Origin: Malacoraja senta
Taxonomy: Eukaryota
Length of the DNA stretch: 64,000 bases
Direction: 5' to 3'
Assembly: GCA_038087875.1 (NCBI GenBank)
Contig: CM075989.1
Span: 11,222,001 to 11,286,000, forward strand
Under the pieces are notes generated by a model. The model searched no databases, had not been told where the DNA came from, and saw nothing but the letters and a program-made list of their open reading frames with translations. Made by a program: the position numbers and the translations under genes. Below are positions 52,471-64,000 of this stretch, in pieces (position 1 is the first letter of the stretch; every line of letters begins with the position of its first letter).

Positions 52471-53659
52471 GTACTGACACTCCCCAACTTACACCATAGG
52501 CGACTTATGTAAACTAACACTTGCATAAAAATTCTGGACTCAGGCCCTCATGCAATCAAGGCAGTTTGTAATTTCCACAACACTATATGATCACTCAAGT
52601 GTAGATCGGCAAGAAAAGCCGGCAATGGTAGCGGTGTTTGCCCAGACGGCCGCATGCTGCAGGAAGTGCCCCAACGGCGAGATGGAACTCAAGCCAGCAA
52701 CAGTGATGGTGCTTATCCACAAAGCCGTGCAGGGCAGAAAGTGCCCCGCTCACAGCCGGATGCCGCTGAGACAGTCAATACTCAGTGATGGATGCAAAGT
52801 GGTGGAATAACTCAATGGATCAGGCAGCATCTCTTGAGAATACAAACAGGCGATGTTTCGAGTCAGAACCCTTCAGGCTCAGTGAGTTATTTCAGGATGG
52901 GGATGGTGATTCTGACAGGAAAAATCTAATTTACGTAAAGGTTCACGGATCGTAACCCTTACGCAAGTCTGAGAGTGCCTGTACTTTTAAGGCAACGGTA
53001 GATACATTCTTAAAAAGTACAGGGATGAAAGGTTACTGTGGGTAGAAGAGAACTGCTTCCAATTATTATGTTCATATGAATTAATTGATGCCAAGTCTTC
53101 TTTCTAATTGCAGGAAAAGAATTGTCACACAAAAGCAAGAAGTTATTTTCTTTTGGCAGGTCGATAGGGAAATGTTTGGAGAATGGGACTTGCAATACTG
53201 ATATTCAATTCTTTTACCCTAAAAATCTTACGACTTGATCATTGAACATAGAATGAGGGCATTCAGTTCTTTGCTCTATGAGCCTTCGGTATTAATCCCA
53301 TTTCCCTCCTTGTAGCACTACAATTTTACTCTAATCGTTGAAAATTCCCAATAACGAATGGTGAGTTTCTATTGCTGGATGAGAATGTGGGTCTAGTAAT
53401 GTAACCAATTTGCTATCCTACTCTGTGAGGTGTGTGCCTTCATGCATAGAGAAATCTTTTGCATCACACATGCTAATATTAAGTGTTCTGCCACACAAAT
53501 CCCAACGTTAGCCATCTTAGATCACGGACTTGGCTCCTTAGTCATTTTGCAGGTAGGTCCACAAAGAGTTGTTGCTTAGCCAACCAGTAAATGTTTAATT
53601 AATTCTTGAGCACAAACTCAACAAATCTTACTGCAAATGTAAATAAACTGGAAAATACT

Positions 53660-56600
53660 GTGAATACGAGCGAATACTCTGTACGGCCGTCAGGAGCTAC
53701 TGGAGCTCGGCCGTCTCTACGCAACGAACCCCAGAAGCGACTTTCAACTGCTTCAACTGCCGCCGGAGATCACCAGGACACCATGGTCTAGCGGGCCAGC
53801 TCCCCCGACAGGAAGTGCCCGGAGGCGGCGCAGGGACCGCAAACAAAGACGTGGGAAGCGGGGAGGCTATCGAGCTAGGCTGAAATCGAACCCGCACCAG
53901 CCAGCTCTGCCAAGCATTTTCCTCGCGAATGTCCGGTCCCTGGTGAGTAAAATCGACGAGCTACGGCTGCGGATCACCACACAAAAGGATCGCCGACTGC
54001 AACGCCATGGTCTTCACCGAAACATGGGTCAACGACAACATCCCGGACAACGCCATCGAGCTGGAGGGGCGCACTGTCTTCAGGGCCGACAGAACAGCTG
54101 TGGACTGTGCATTTATGTGAACAACTCATGGTGTACGGACGTTGTTAGGATTGATAGTCACTGCTCTGCTGACCTGGAATACCTGAGGATAAAGTGCAGG
54201 CCCTTCTATCTGCCCAGGGAATTTACATCGATTGTCATTACTGCAGTCTATGTACCCCCGGACGCTAATGCCAGGCTAGCAATGGAAGAGCTGCAAGCTG
54301 CTATCAGCAAACAACTAACTGCACACCCAGAGGGGGCTTTTATTGTTGCGGGTGATTTTAACCACTCCAACCTTAAAACTGTACTCCCCAGATTCCACCA
54401 GCATGTCTCCTGTCCAACCAGAGGAAACAATACTCTGGACTTAGTATATACTATTACTGAGGCCTACAAAGCCCTCCCCCTCCCCACCTGGGACAGTCTG
54501 ACCACCTCTCTCTGTTCCTGCTCCCCAAATACACATCTCGGATCAGACGTGTGAAACCTACCGTGAAGACAGTGAAGGTTTGGCCTGAGGGGGCTGTCTC
54601 TGGTTTACAGAAACAGTTTCAGCAAACAGACTGGAGTCTGTTTGCCACCCAGGCCACCTTTGACTCCCAAGTGGACATCGACTCATACACCTCAACCGTT
54701 TTGGACTATATAAAATTCTGCACTGACAACGTCACTACCCACAAAGAGATAAAGACCTTCTCTAACCAGAAGCCGTGGATGAGCAGGGAGGTCAGACTCC
54801 TGCTGAAGGCTCACGATGCCGCTTTCCGATCTGGCGATGCTGAGGGATACAGCTCATCCAGGGCCAATCTGAAAAGGGGAATTAGGAATGCTAAACTCAC
54901 AAACGGCGGATCGAGGAGCATTTCCAAAACAACTCCGACCCTAGGCGCATGTGGCAAGGAATCAAATCCCTTGCCGATTACCATAAAGTTAACCCCCCCC
55001 CCCCCCCCCCCACCAGATAACGCCTCCCTTCCTGATGAGCTAAACCACTTCTATGCTCGCTTCGACCGGGACAACAAAACTCCAGCCATCAAAGCTGCTC
55101 CACCCCCGAACGAACAACCCCTCAGTCTCTCCACCTCTGCTGTACAAGATGCACTGAGCAAGGTGAATGAGCGCAAAGCTGCCGGCCCCGATGGCATCCC
55201 CGGGCGGGTGCTCAGGGCATGTGCTGGACAACTATCCCTGGTCTTCACTGACATTTTCAATCTGTCACTGGCCCAGGGTGTCGTCCCCACTTGCCTCAAG
55301 ACATCAACCATTGTGCCCAAACAATCAGCTGCAGGGAGTCTCAACGACTTACGCCCAGTGGCACTCACCCCTGTCATTGCAAAGTGCTTTGAGCGGCTGA
55401 TCCTGGCTCACCTCAAAGCCAGCCTCCCCCCACACTGGACCCCCATCAGTTTGCCTACCGGACCAACAGGTCTACAGAGGACGCCATATCGGCGGCCCTA
55501 CACTCTGCCCTGACCCACCTGGACAGCAATAACACCTACATCAGGCTGCTGTTTATTGATTTCAGCTCCGCCTTTAACACTGTCATCCCCGCTAGCTTGA
55601 TCACCAAACTCAGCGGACTTGGCATCTCCACCTCCCTCTGCAATTGGACACTGGATTTCCTCACCAACAGACCAGTCTGTTAGGGTCAACAACCTCACCT
55701 CCACTATAACACTGAACACAGCGTGCCACAGGGCTGTGTGCTCAGCCCTCTCCTCTACTCCCTCTTCACCCATGACTGCATCCCTAAGAATGGCTCCAAC
55801 GCCATCATTAAATTTGCCAACGACACCACGGTGGTAGGACTGATCAGTGACAACGACGAGTCAGCCTACAGGGAGGAGGTCCAGCACCTGGCAGTCTGGT
55901 GTGCCAACAATAACCTCGTCCTCAACTCCAAGAAGACGAAGGAAATTATTGTTGACTTCAGGAACAACAGAGGGGGCAGACATACCCCCATCCATATAAA
56001 CGGGACTGAGGTGGAGCGCGTCTCCAACTACAAATTCCCCGGGGTACACATCTCGGAGGATTTGTCCTGGTCGCTCAATACCTCCAAACTGATCAAGAAG
56101 GCACAGCAGCGCCTTTACTTCCTGAGGAGGCTCAAGAAAGCTCACCTGTCCCCCCAGATCCTGACCAACTTTTACCGCCGTACCATCGAAAGCATTCTGA
56201 CCACCTGCATCACGGTATGGTACAGCAGTTGCACGGTAGCTGACAGGAAGGCACTACAACGGGTGGTGAAGACCGCTCAGTACATCATCGGTGCCCCGCT
56301 CCCTGCAATGGATGCCCTCCACCGAAAACGGTGTCTGAGATGGGCCGGGAAGATCATCAAGGACCGCTCCCACCCTAGCCATGGACTGTTTGCCCTCCTC
56401 CCATCAGGGAGGCGGTACAGAAGCCTCAGGTCTCGTACAAGTAGGATGAGGAACAGCTTTTTCAACAACACTATCACATTGCTGAACTCGGAGTCCCGCC
56501 AATAGATTTCTCCAGTCTCTCCGTCCACATTAGGCATACCTTGAGGGTATTCTTCATATCTGAAGAAGGGTTTCGGCCCGAAACGTTGCCTATTTCCTTC

Positions 56601-56815
56601 GCTCCATAGATGCTGCTGCACCCACTGAGTTTCTCCAGCATTTTTGTGTATCTCCGTCCACATTGTTTGCTTATTCTGTATTTTTATTCTGTATTTTATT
56701 CTTATTCTGTATTTTATTTCTATATTGCAATGCTACTACGAACAGACGCTAAACTGCATTTCGTTGTACCCATACTTGTATCTGTGCAATGACAATTAAA
56801 ATTGAATTGAATTGA
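53660..56815 (+). mobile_element. Rex1/Babar-clade LINE, near full length, frameshifted (APE endonuclease + reverse transcriptase)
   Basis: ORF pieces 53943-54554, 54551-55513, 55723-56505 with [88 protein letters not shown]; (TTGAA)n tail at ~56800-56815; 5' boundary approximate. Confidence 0.92.
56532..56650 (+). mobile_element. 119-bp Penelope-type hammerhead-bearing mini-insertion nested in the Rex1 3' UTR
   Basis: 14-bp TSD TCTCCGTCCACATT at 56518-56531 and 56651-56664. Confidence 0.85.
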
Positions 56816-57235
56816 AAAAAAAAAAAATCAGCATAAAACTGCTGAAACTGGAAATTTGAAACAAAAATAGTTCAGGCTATTTGTTCAGTTCAAGGTTTAA
56901 GATGAATTTGACATTTAACCACATCAGAAATTGTAGGTTTACTGCTTGTACCTATTTAATAGTTGCATGCTAATTTAATGTACACATATTTCAAATTGAA
57001 AATGCTCAGCCAGTCATGTAGCCTCTGGTGAAAGAATGGTTAACTTGTTGATCTTTCATCGGAATAGATGTGAAATGTTGGAACTGGAATTCTTAAAGAT
57101 AAGAAAATATTATCTGCCAATGTCTTTGTGTATTATCACATTACTGAATCCGCTTTCTTTCCAAGCCTCTACAAATTGTAATTAAAGTATCGTGAACACA
57201 CTGTAAGGAATGAACCAGAAACCATGTCTCTGTAG

Positions 57236-57343
57236 GTACGGTTGGTCACTGGCATCGGGCGATACAACGACATGACCTATATATTCGACCTGCTCCACGA
57301 GAATCATAGGTTTGAAATGCTGTTGAGGAAAAACGTTGTGTCG
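57236..57343 (+). CDS. SPG11: spatacsin exon (~ex35): VRLVTGIGRYNDMTYIFDLLHENHRFEMLLRKNVVS
   Basis: ctgtag|GTA acceptor, TCG|gtgagt donor, 108 nt. Confidence 0.96.
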
Positions 57344-57939
57344 GTGAGTGCAATGGACAAGCGGTTCGACCTGTTTCACCTTTCCTCGTATTTTCCATCT
57401 GAAAACAGGGAGGACTGGGACAGTGTAATTATTAACAGAGTTAATTATTTAACATGTTGTTGGTATCGACATGTGATATATAAAAAAATTGTTTAAACAA
57501 GCCAGTTTTGTTTACTAAGCAATGTAATGTAGGACTGGTGTTAGAAAATAGGAGATATTATCCTTCATGAAAAATTAAGCCCAAATTCAGTTTTCCTGTT
57601 TAATAGTAATAAAAAGATGACGGGCCTCATAATCAAGAATATTATCAGAACTTTTTTTTAAAGTACTTGCCATGGGGCTGTGGATGCCATCGACAGAGTC
57701 TCCTTCTCCAGACCATCCCTCATTTCCTTGAGGCCACTGATTCAACTGTAAAGTATGGGACTGGTCAAAAATACCTCTTCATTACATCATTGGACCAGTT
57801 GAATCCTTGCTGCTTTTGTAAGCCGATACTGGCCTCAAATTACCACATTTACCAAATCCATTTCCCATTTTTCTGGAGTGTACTTCATCTTAGCTTCTGG
57901 ACTATGAGTCCTGACACCAACCCCACTGGGCACACCCAT

Positions 57940-58750
57940 AGTCATAGTGTTATACAGTTTGGAAACAGTTCCTTCGACTCAACTTGTCTACACCACTAGA
58001 GGTATCAAACTAAACTATACCAATGTATGGTTTGTTGTATTGTATGATATGATTTGTCTAGATACCATTAAAACAAAGTTTTTCACTGTACCTCGGTGCA
58101 CAACGAAAATAAACTAAGACCCTTTTGTCCCTATTCCTGAAAACCTTTCCTATCCATGTACCTGGCCAAATGTTTTTAAATGTTGTGATTGCACCCACTG
58201 TCATAACCTCCTTTGGCAGATCATTCCACATATCCACTACCGTGTGGAAAAACATGCTCCTCAGGCCCTTTAAATCTTTCCCTTCTCTACTCTGAGACCA
58301 TGACCATTCACTTCATCTATGCCCCTCATGTTATAAACCTCTATGATCAACCTCAGTCCAAGGCAAGTAGTTCCAGCTTACCAATCTCTCCTAATAACTC
58401 AAGCCTTCCAGTCCATGCAACATCCTTGGGAATTTTCACATAATCTTCATAAATCATAGGAGTAGGATTAGGCCATTCAGCCTATCGAGCCTGCTCTGCC
58501 ATTTGATCATGGCTGATCAATTTTTCCCCCTCAACTCGAATCTCGTCTTCTCCCTGTAACCTTTGATGCCCTTGCTAATCAAGAATCTATCAATCTCTGC
58601 TTTAAAGAAAATGACAGCCTCCACAGCCATCTGTGGCAATGAATGCTGCAGATTCACCACCCTCTGGCTAAAAAAAAAATCCTCATCTCCATTCTAAAGG
58701 TATGTCCTTTTATTCTGAGGTTGTGCCCTCTGGTCGTAGACTCTCCCACA
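57940..58750 (-). mobile_element. Two adjacent CR1 3' fragments
   Basis: ORF 58058..58255(-) FFHTVVDMWNDLPKEV; second tail CATAGGAGTAGGATTAGGCCATTCAGCC from ~58455. Confidence 0.75.
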
Positions 58751-58929
58751 GCTTTACATACAAAATGTATAATAGTGATACACTATAGATAGGAGCTCAT
58801 TGTGTGGGGTTCCAGATTGTTAACCTTTGTTGTTTCTCCAAACACTCCAGAATCATTCCTCAACTTTGCTAATCTTCCAGATAATTTCCTTAAAGTGATT
58901 TTGGGCAGGTTTTTTTTACTGAAACACAG

Positions 58930-59098
58930 AATGGAAATCTGAAAACGGCTCTTCTGGACTACATCAAGCGCTGTTTGCCCGGTGACAGTGAGAAGCACAA
59001 CATGGTGGCCTTCTGCTTCAGCATGTGTCGTGAAATTGGGGAAAACCACGAGGGTGCAGCCAGGGTCCAGCTGAAAATCATAGAATCACAACCATGGG
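58930..59098 (+). CDS. SPG11: spatacsin exon (~ex36): NGNLKTALLDYIKRCLPGDSEKHNMVAFCFSMCREIGENHEGAARVQLKIIESQPW
   Basis: acacag|AAT acceptor, G|gtgagt donor, 169 nt; translated by hand. Confidence 0.96.
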
Positions 59099-59507
59099 GT
59101 GAGTATCTGCTGTAGGAACCGCTGCACTTTGCAATTCAGAAAAAAGAGGGATTGAGTATGAACTTTCGTCCTAATATTAGCTTGAAATTGTACCGATTAT
59201 AATTTGACTTTCCACCAAAAACTCCCCAAAACAAAATCTTCCGTGTAAACCTGAACCATTGAAAGGTTATAATTTCCTTTATAATGAAATGTGATTCAGC
59301 TTTATTAATGAAGTGGAAAAAGATTTGTCACCAAACAGAAGCATTTTTGTTCAGGATGTCCAATCCTCCATCTGTGAACAATCTGCTTTCCAACCACTGA
59401 AGAAACTTGACTGTGAGAGTTTCATGTGTGCCAGCTGTTGCTTCTACAGCAACAGCGAGCGCAACCTGAAAACATTCCGAACCAGGTCAATCAGTGCAGT
59501 GGCTGGT

Positions 59508-59810
59508 CTGGAGGCGCAGCGGTTAGTACTACTGTCTCACAGCTCCAGAGTCCTGATTCTGATGCTCTCTGTATGGAGTTTGTACATTCTCCCTGTAACC
59601 ACATGCGCTGGTTACCTCCCACACCGCCACGATTTACTGGTAGGTTAATTAACAACTGAATTAATCCTTAGTGTAGTTAAGACATTTAAATGATAATTGG
59701 ACAGGGAAGGTTTAGAGGCATATGGGGCAGGAGCAGGCAAATGGGACTAGCTTGGGCATCCTGGTCAGCACGGACGAGTTGTGCCGAAGAGCCTGTCTCT
59801 GCGCTGAATT
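59508..59810 (+). mobile_element. Degenerate HE1-like SINE joined to a CR1 3' tail
   Basis: GGCGCAGCGGTTAG head, TGTATGGAGTTTGTACATTCTCCC core, GAAGAGCCTGTCTCTGCGCTG tail. Confidence 0.7.
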
Positions 59811-60389
59811 ACAAAAAAGAATCAAAGGGGCATTAATGGGCATGTGCTAGTGAATACGTTGGTGAAATAAGGTGTGGGATATATCACTGAGGGGTTTGGT
59901 CAATCTGCAAGCCAGCATGGACTTGTGGGCCAAATGGCCTCCTACAGTGTTGTAACAAGTAAATAAATAACTTTCAATATCAGACCCAGCTATTTTCCAT
60001 GATCTGGTACTAAATCATAAACCATCTTAAAATATAATGAGAAAAATACAAGTGATAATGAATTAAGGCATAACTTCTGGACCAGCTGATTCCAACAGAT
60101 TTTTCTTGTGGAAACCAGATTACAAGTATTGCGGGTCATGAGCTTAGCTCACTCCACTAATGATATAATTCTAATGTGTTTTGAGAAAATTATTATGGTA
60201 TAAAATTGGAAAATTTCACAAGTCTGAATCGCATTTACAGCTGTGTTTGAAAATGTAGTCAGTGGACCATTTAACAAGCTATGTGGTTCATTTTCTGCAA
60301 AATTTGCTTCTATCCTAGTTGCAGCTGAAAACATATATTCGAATTATGTTTCAGAACCTCCTTATGTAATCTTGAGTTTTATTTACTTA

Positions 60390-61561
60390 CTAGACTAAGT
60401 GGGACCCGTTGGGTCCGTCACACAGACTTGGTCCCCCAATGCAATATTCCACCATTAACCCATAGCCCCCAACTGCACAGGCGCAGCTCATTTCCCCTCA
60501 TCCCTAGCACTCTCACCCCCTCTTCACTCTCCCTCTTCTTTCCCCAATCCCTCCCTCACCTCTCCTTTCCCCTACCTTCAGTCACTCCCTCCTTCACTCC
60601 ATAACTCCTCCCCTCCCTATCCCTCTAACCCTCCCACTATCCCTCACCTCCCCCACTGCCCTCCTATCCCTCTATTCCCCACTCCCTATCTCCCCCGCTC
60701 CCCTCCCTCCTCCCCCACTCACCTCCTCCCTCTTTTCCCTCTCCTACCTGCCCCCAATTCCTCCGTCACTCCCACCCTCCCTCCACAACTCCTCTCCGCT
60801 CCCTACACCCCTCTTCTCCATCTATCCCCTCTCCTCCCCCACCTCCCCAGGATCTCGAGGTTACCGTTCCTCTCCCTTCTTGCGTGCCCCGGAGGAGCAT
60901 CAGCCGTCGGCGCGGATCCTCGGCTCGGAAGCACCTGCAGCTACGGCCGCGACAGCGTGTGGGTGGGCAGTGGAGAGCTTGGAGAAAAGACAGGGGAAGA
61001 GCCATGGGGAAGAAGGGTGTATCACGGGGGAGGGGGGGCAGGAGCCATCGAGGAGGACCAGAGGGAAAGGGGCAGGAGCTGCAGGGCGTTGCGATGGCGG
61101 TGCGTTTGGGACTCACAGCGGGCGCTGGATGCTCTCCTCCGCCGGGATCAGACTCTCCGCTTTCCGTTTGGCGACATCTCCGACTCCGCGCCAGGCCGCT
61201 TCTGGTCCCTCGAAAATTGTGACCGTTTGGAGACCTCCGCCGGCCATCCTCAGCTCCAGTAAAAACGTGATGGCGCGGACCATCACGGGGAGTGACAGGA
61301 GAAGAGACCAATCTGCGCGCCGCTGACTGGCAGGAGAGGGGAATAATGTTCGCACGCACGGTTTTTAAGATTTTTAAACCTTGCTAACTCATACAATATA
61401 CTACCAATCGGAACGAAACTTGTTGCAGCACACGAGGACGGTGAGTGTGCTGATGAAAAATTGTAGCGCTATCGCGTACCGTTTTTGCGCAAATAGAAAA
61501 AACGCATAAACCGGAAGAGCACATGATCAGAGTTTTAGTTATGTATAGATAGATAGATAGA
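60390..61561 (-). mobile_element. Non-autonomous Helitron (rolling-circle transposon)
   Basis: Minus strand: 5' TC(TATC)n start, 3' hairpin GGACCC-AAC-GGGTCC followed 8 nt later by terminal CTAG; inserted between A and T with no TSD. Confidence 0.8.
60490..60850. repeat. Polypyrimidine (C/T-rich) low-complexity tract inside the Helitron
   Basis: ~360 bp of CCCT/CTCC-type runs with almost no G. Confidence 0.9.
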
Positions 61562-61653
61562 TTACGCCCTGTGAAAATTTGTAATTGTTTTTTAAATTGT
61601 CCAAGGTGTATGACCTGAAACTATCAAACTGCCATTTTTTAAAAACATTTCAG

Positions 61654-61730
61654 AGGTGACTCCTGAGTTGAATAAATCTTTGGTGAAGATTCTGAGTTTC
61701 CTCAAAGATGCTGCTGAGAGCTATTCAAAG
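61654..61730 (+). CDS. SPG11: spatacsin exon (~ex37): EVTPELNKSLVKILSFLKDAAESYSK
   Basis: tttcag|AG acceptor, AAG|gtaaat donor, 77 nt; DAAESY motif. Confidence 0.9.
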
Positions 61731-63729
61731 GTAAATGCCTTGATACTTGGGGCTTAAATTCTCAAATGTTACCAGTGATACAAAATGGTTTCTTGTATAG
61801 GTGTATCACGTTAAAAAAAATGTCATCATGAATTGCTTTTGAATGCAGAAACTTCAAACGCTGATATTTTCAGCAAACACCAAAGAAATGATACAAAAAA
61901 AGGCCACAGTGTTACCCCAGCAATTTGTTTTTTTGGTATCATTTCTTTGGTGGGTCCAGTAGCATGTGTGGAGGTAAAAGTTGTTAGACATTTCAAGTCA
62001 AACCCCTGCATTAGGACCGAGACGGAAGAAAGATTGTCAGTATATGGAAGAATGAAGGAGGGAGGGGGGCAGAGTCTGGTAGATAATAGGTGGAACCTGT
62101 GGAGAGGGTGATGGTTAGATGGAACTAGGTGGAGGTCTGGCCTCAGTAAATTGTTCGCTAGAGTGTAGGGAGTGGATATGAAAGTGAGAGAACATAGAAC
62201 CAGTGTGAACGGGTGATTGATGGTCGTTGTGTTCTTGGTTGGCCGAAAGGCCTGTTTCCATGCTGTATCTCTAGCCTGTACTCTATGTATTGGCAATCTT
62301 TCCTCCTCCTCAGTCCTGATGTAGGGTCTCAGCCTGAAACATTAATTTACACCGTTTGCTTCCAGAGATATTGCTTGACCTGCTGAGTTCTTTTGTTATC
62401 AAATTGTATTGATTGAAGGAAGATATTGACCAGCACATCAGAAGATATTTCTGTTCAAATGAAGCTGCAGACTCCTTAAGTGTTTACATTCCAATTACAA
62501 GATGTGTAGCCTGGAAACAACACCTTTGCTCTGCTTAAAATATGCCACAGCACAGGATGGATTCTGTGTCAATATGTTGTACAGGCTGCTTTCAACGTGA
62601 TGGTCATGTCTGTGATTGAGTGTTCTTGCTGTTAAGTGCTGGATTTTGTTATGATCCCTGCCAGTCTCGAGATTTGGAGAGAACAATATACTGTGCTTCA
62701 ATTAAAGTTGATTGGTTCTCAAACGTACGTGTCGAGAATATTTTAGGGTGTTTTCTCTGCTTGGTCAGTGAATGACAAAAAGTTTGTTCCAGGTGAAACT
62801 CCACTTTCAGTTCTCCTGATAACATTTGGAATTTATGGCAAACCCTTACATATTCCTTGGATATTTATGTTTATTTTGTTTCTTGGAGATCATTATAAAA
62901 ATATTTTAACGTACAAGGTGCTTCATGGGCATATTATTGAAATAAATATATATAACCCCCCCCCCCCATATATCACTCCTCTCCTTCCTTGCCTCCTTAC
63001 CATCATCAGCCTTTGTCCACCTATCTGCCAATCAAACCCCCCTCACCTGTACCCACCTTCCAGTTGCCTGGGTGTGTCCTGCCCCACACTACAATCAGTC
63101 TGAAGAAAGGTCCTGACCCAAAACATTACCAGTCCATGTACTCAGAAATGCTGCCTGACCCAGTTACCCCAGCAATTTGTGTTTTTATAAACCAGCATCT
63201 GCAGTTCCTTGTGCCTCTATATAAATGTAAGGCTTTTTATATGTCTGTTGGCAGAATTCAAATAAAATCAGGAAAGTATTGGTTGTTAGTTTTAGACTTG
63301 CTAATTCATCCTCTATCTTTTAACCTCCTTGCTGTTTCTCCAGAAATTGTCACCTAACAAAAGTTAAAATTTGTAGCCATTATAGTCTATATGTCATTTA
63401 ACTCACTGAATTTCCAAAGCAAGCGAATCATATAATTATAATTCATAATTCACAAACCTCTTTCTGCATGAACTCTTTGAAGATGCAAATTACATTAAGC
63501 CTGGCATATGGAACTATTATGTAGAATGAATTTCTTATTTGCATTGTACATACTATTTTATCTGTATATCGCTGGTAAGCAGACTGTTATCTTTCTGATC
63601 AGTGTCATCAGTAAATTACAAACAAGCTTCTTGCTCTTCATTCATACAGCCAGCTCCTCCACCATGTGCCTGGGACATTGGACAGGAATATAAAACTTCC
63701 ATTTATATAACACCTTTCACAGCTCCAGG

Positions 63730-64000
63730 GTTGTAGGCATTGTCTACATGGACTTAATCAAGGCCTTTGATAACTTTCTGCATTGTAGGCTGCTCTGGAA
63801 GGTTAGACGCTTGGGATCCAGAATTGGCTTCATGGAAAGAAGCAAAGGATGTTGGTGGTAATATATTTTTTGGACTGGTAGCCTGTGACTAATGGTGTGC
63901 CTCAGGGATCAGTGTTGAACCATTGCTGTTTTGTCATCCATATCAATGATTTTGATGAGAATGTGTAATTATAGTTAGCATGTTTGCAGATAGCATTAAA
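63730..64000 (+). mobile_element. CR1 LINE RT fragment running off the window
   Basis: VYMDLIKAFD, GVPQGSVL, SMFAD motifs translate from 63742 onward. Confidence 0.85.

Larger units (their letters stand above)
4159..61730 (+). other. SPG11: SPG11 (spatacsin) gene body, partial: 21 internal coding exons; gene extends beyond both window edges
   Basis: Spliced translation contains spatacsin motifs recognisable from the human protein (HPWFEFL, QASVSSMLLEGHTL, KVDPQLLKMAL, PFDPSRLF, HGRPSYAF, TQYELGKLLQL, FWKKCH, VLHCRALASGEA, CHMEGI, TGIGRYNDMTYIFDLL, CFSMCREIGENHE, DAAESYSK). Exon phases are mutually compatible. Confidence 0.97.

Noticed and set aside
60766-61359. Overlapping 100-197-aa ORFs on both strands as a novel gene
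   Set aside because: GC-rich, stop-poor Helitron interior; low-complexity translations with no recognisable domain.
62550-62600. Possible next SPG11 exon (cacag|GATGGATTCTGTGTC)
   Set aside because: Does not translate to the expected DSCVRQA-like sequence, hits a stop quickly and lies in a degenerate SINE; the next exon is probably beyond 64000.
1255-63215. CRISPR-like repeat array
   Set aside because: The repeated units are dispersed in both orientations without regular spacers in a vertebrate gene; they are retroelement fragments.

Overview
Eukaryotic (vertebrate) genomic DNA, almost certainly from a cartilaginous fish (skate/ray-like; inferred from HE1/V-SINE, CR1, Rex1/Babar and Penelope repeat families). 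The whole window lies inside one + strand gene, SPG11 (spatacsin). I place 21 consecutive internal coding exons (equivalent to human exons ~17-37, numbering from memory) between 4159 and 61730. All have GT-AG boundaries and splice in one continuous frame (3817 nt, ~1272 codons); start and stop codons lie outside the window. Introns are full of transposable elements. Notable items: (1) a 2.1-kb rearranged DNA transposon at 17744-19830 whose junctions match a hybrid-element / sister-chromatid transposition product, with a 7-bp outer TSD, an inverted 7-bp internal target duplication and a 787-bp inverted repeat; (2) over 20 short Penelope-type fragments carrying a minimal hammerhead-ribozyme core, three with clean TSDs; (3) a non-autonomous Helitron with intact termini at 60390-61561; (4) an 803-bp non-coding retroposon with a 26-bp TSD; (5) a near full-length, frameshifted Rex1/Babar LINE; (6) a 102-nt stop-free in-frame intron. 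Most short ORFs in the supplied track are spurious or TE remnants.
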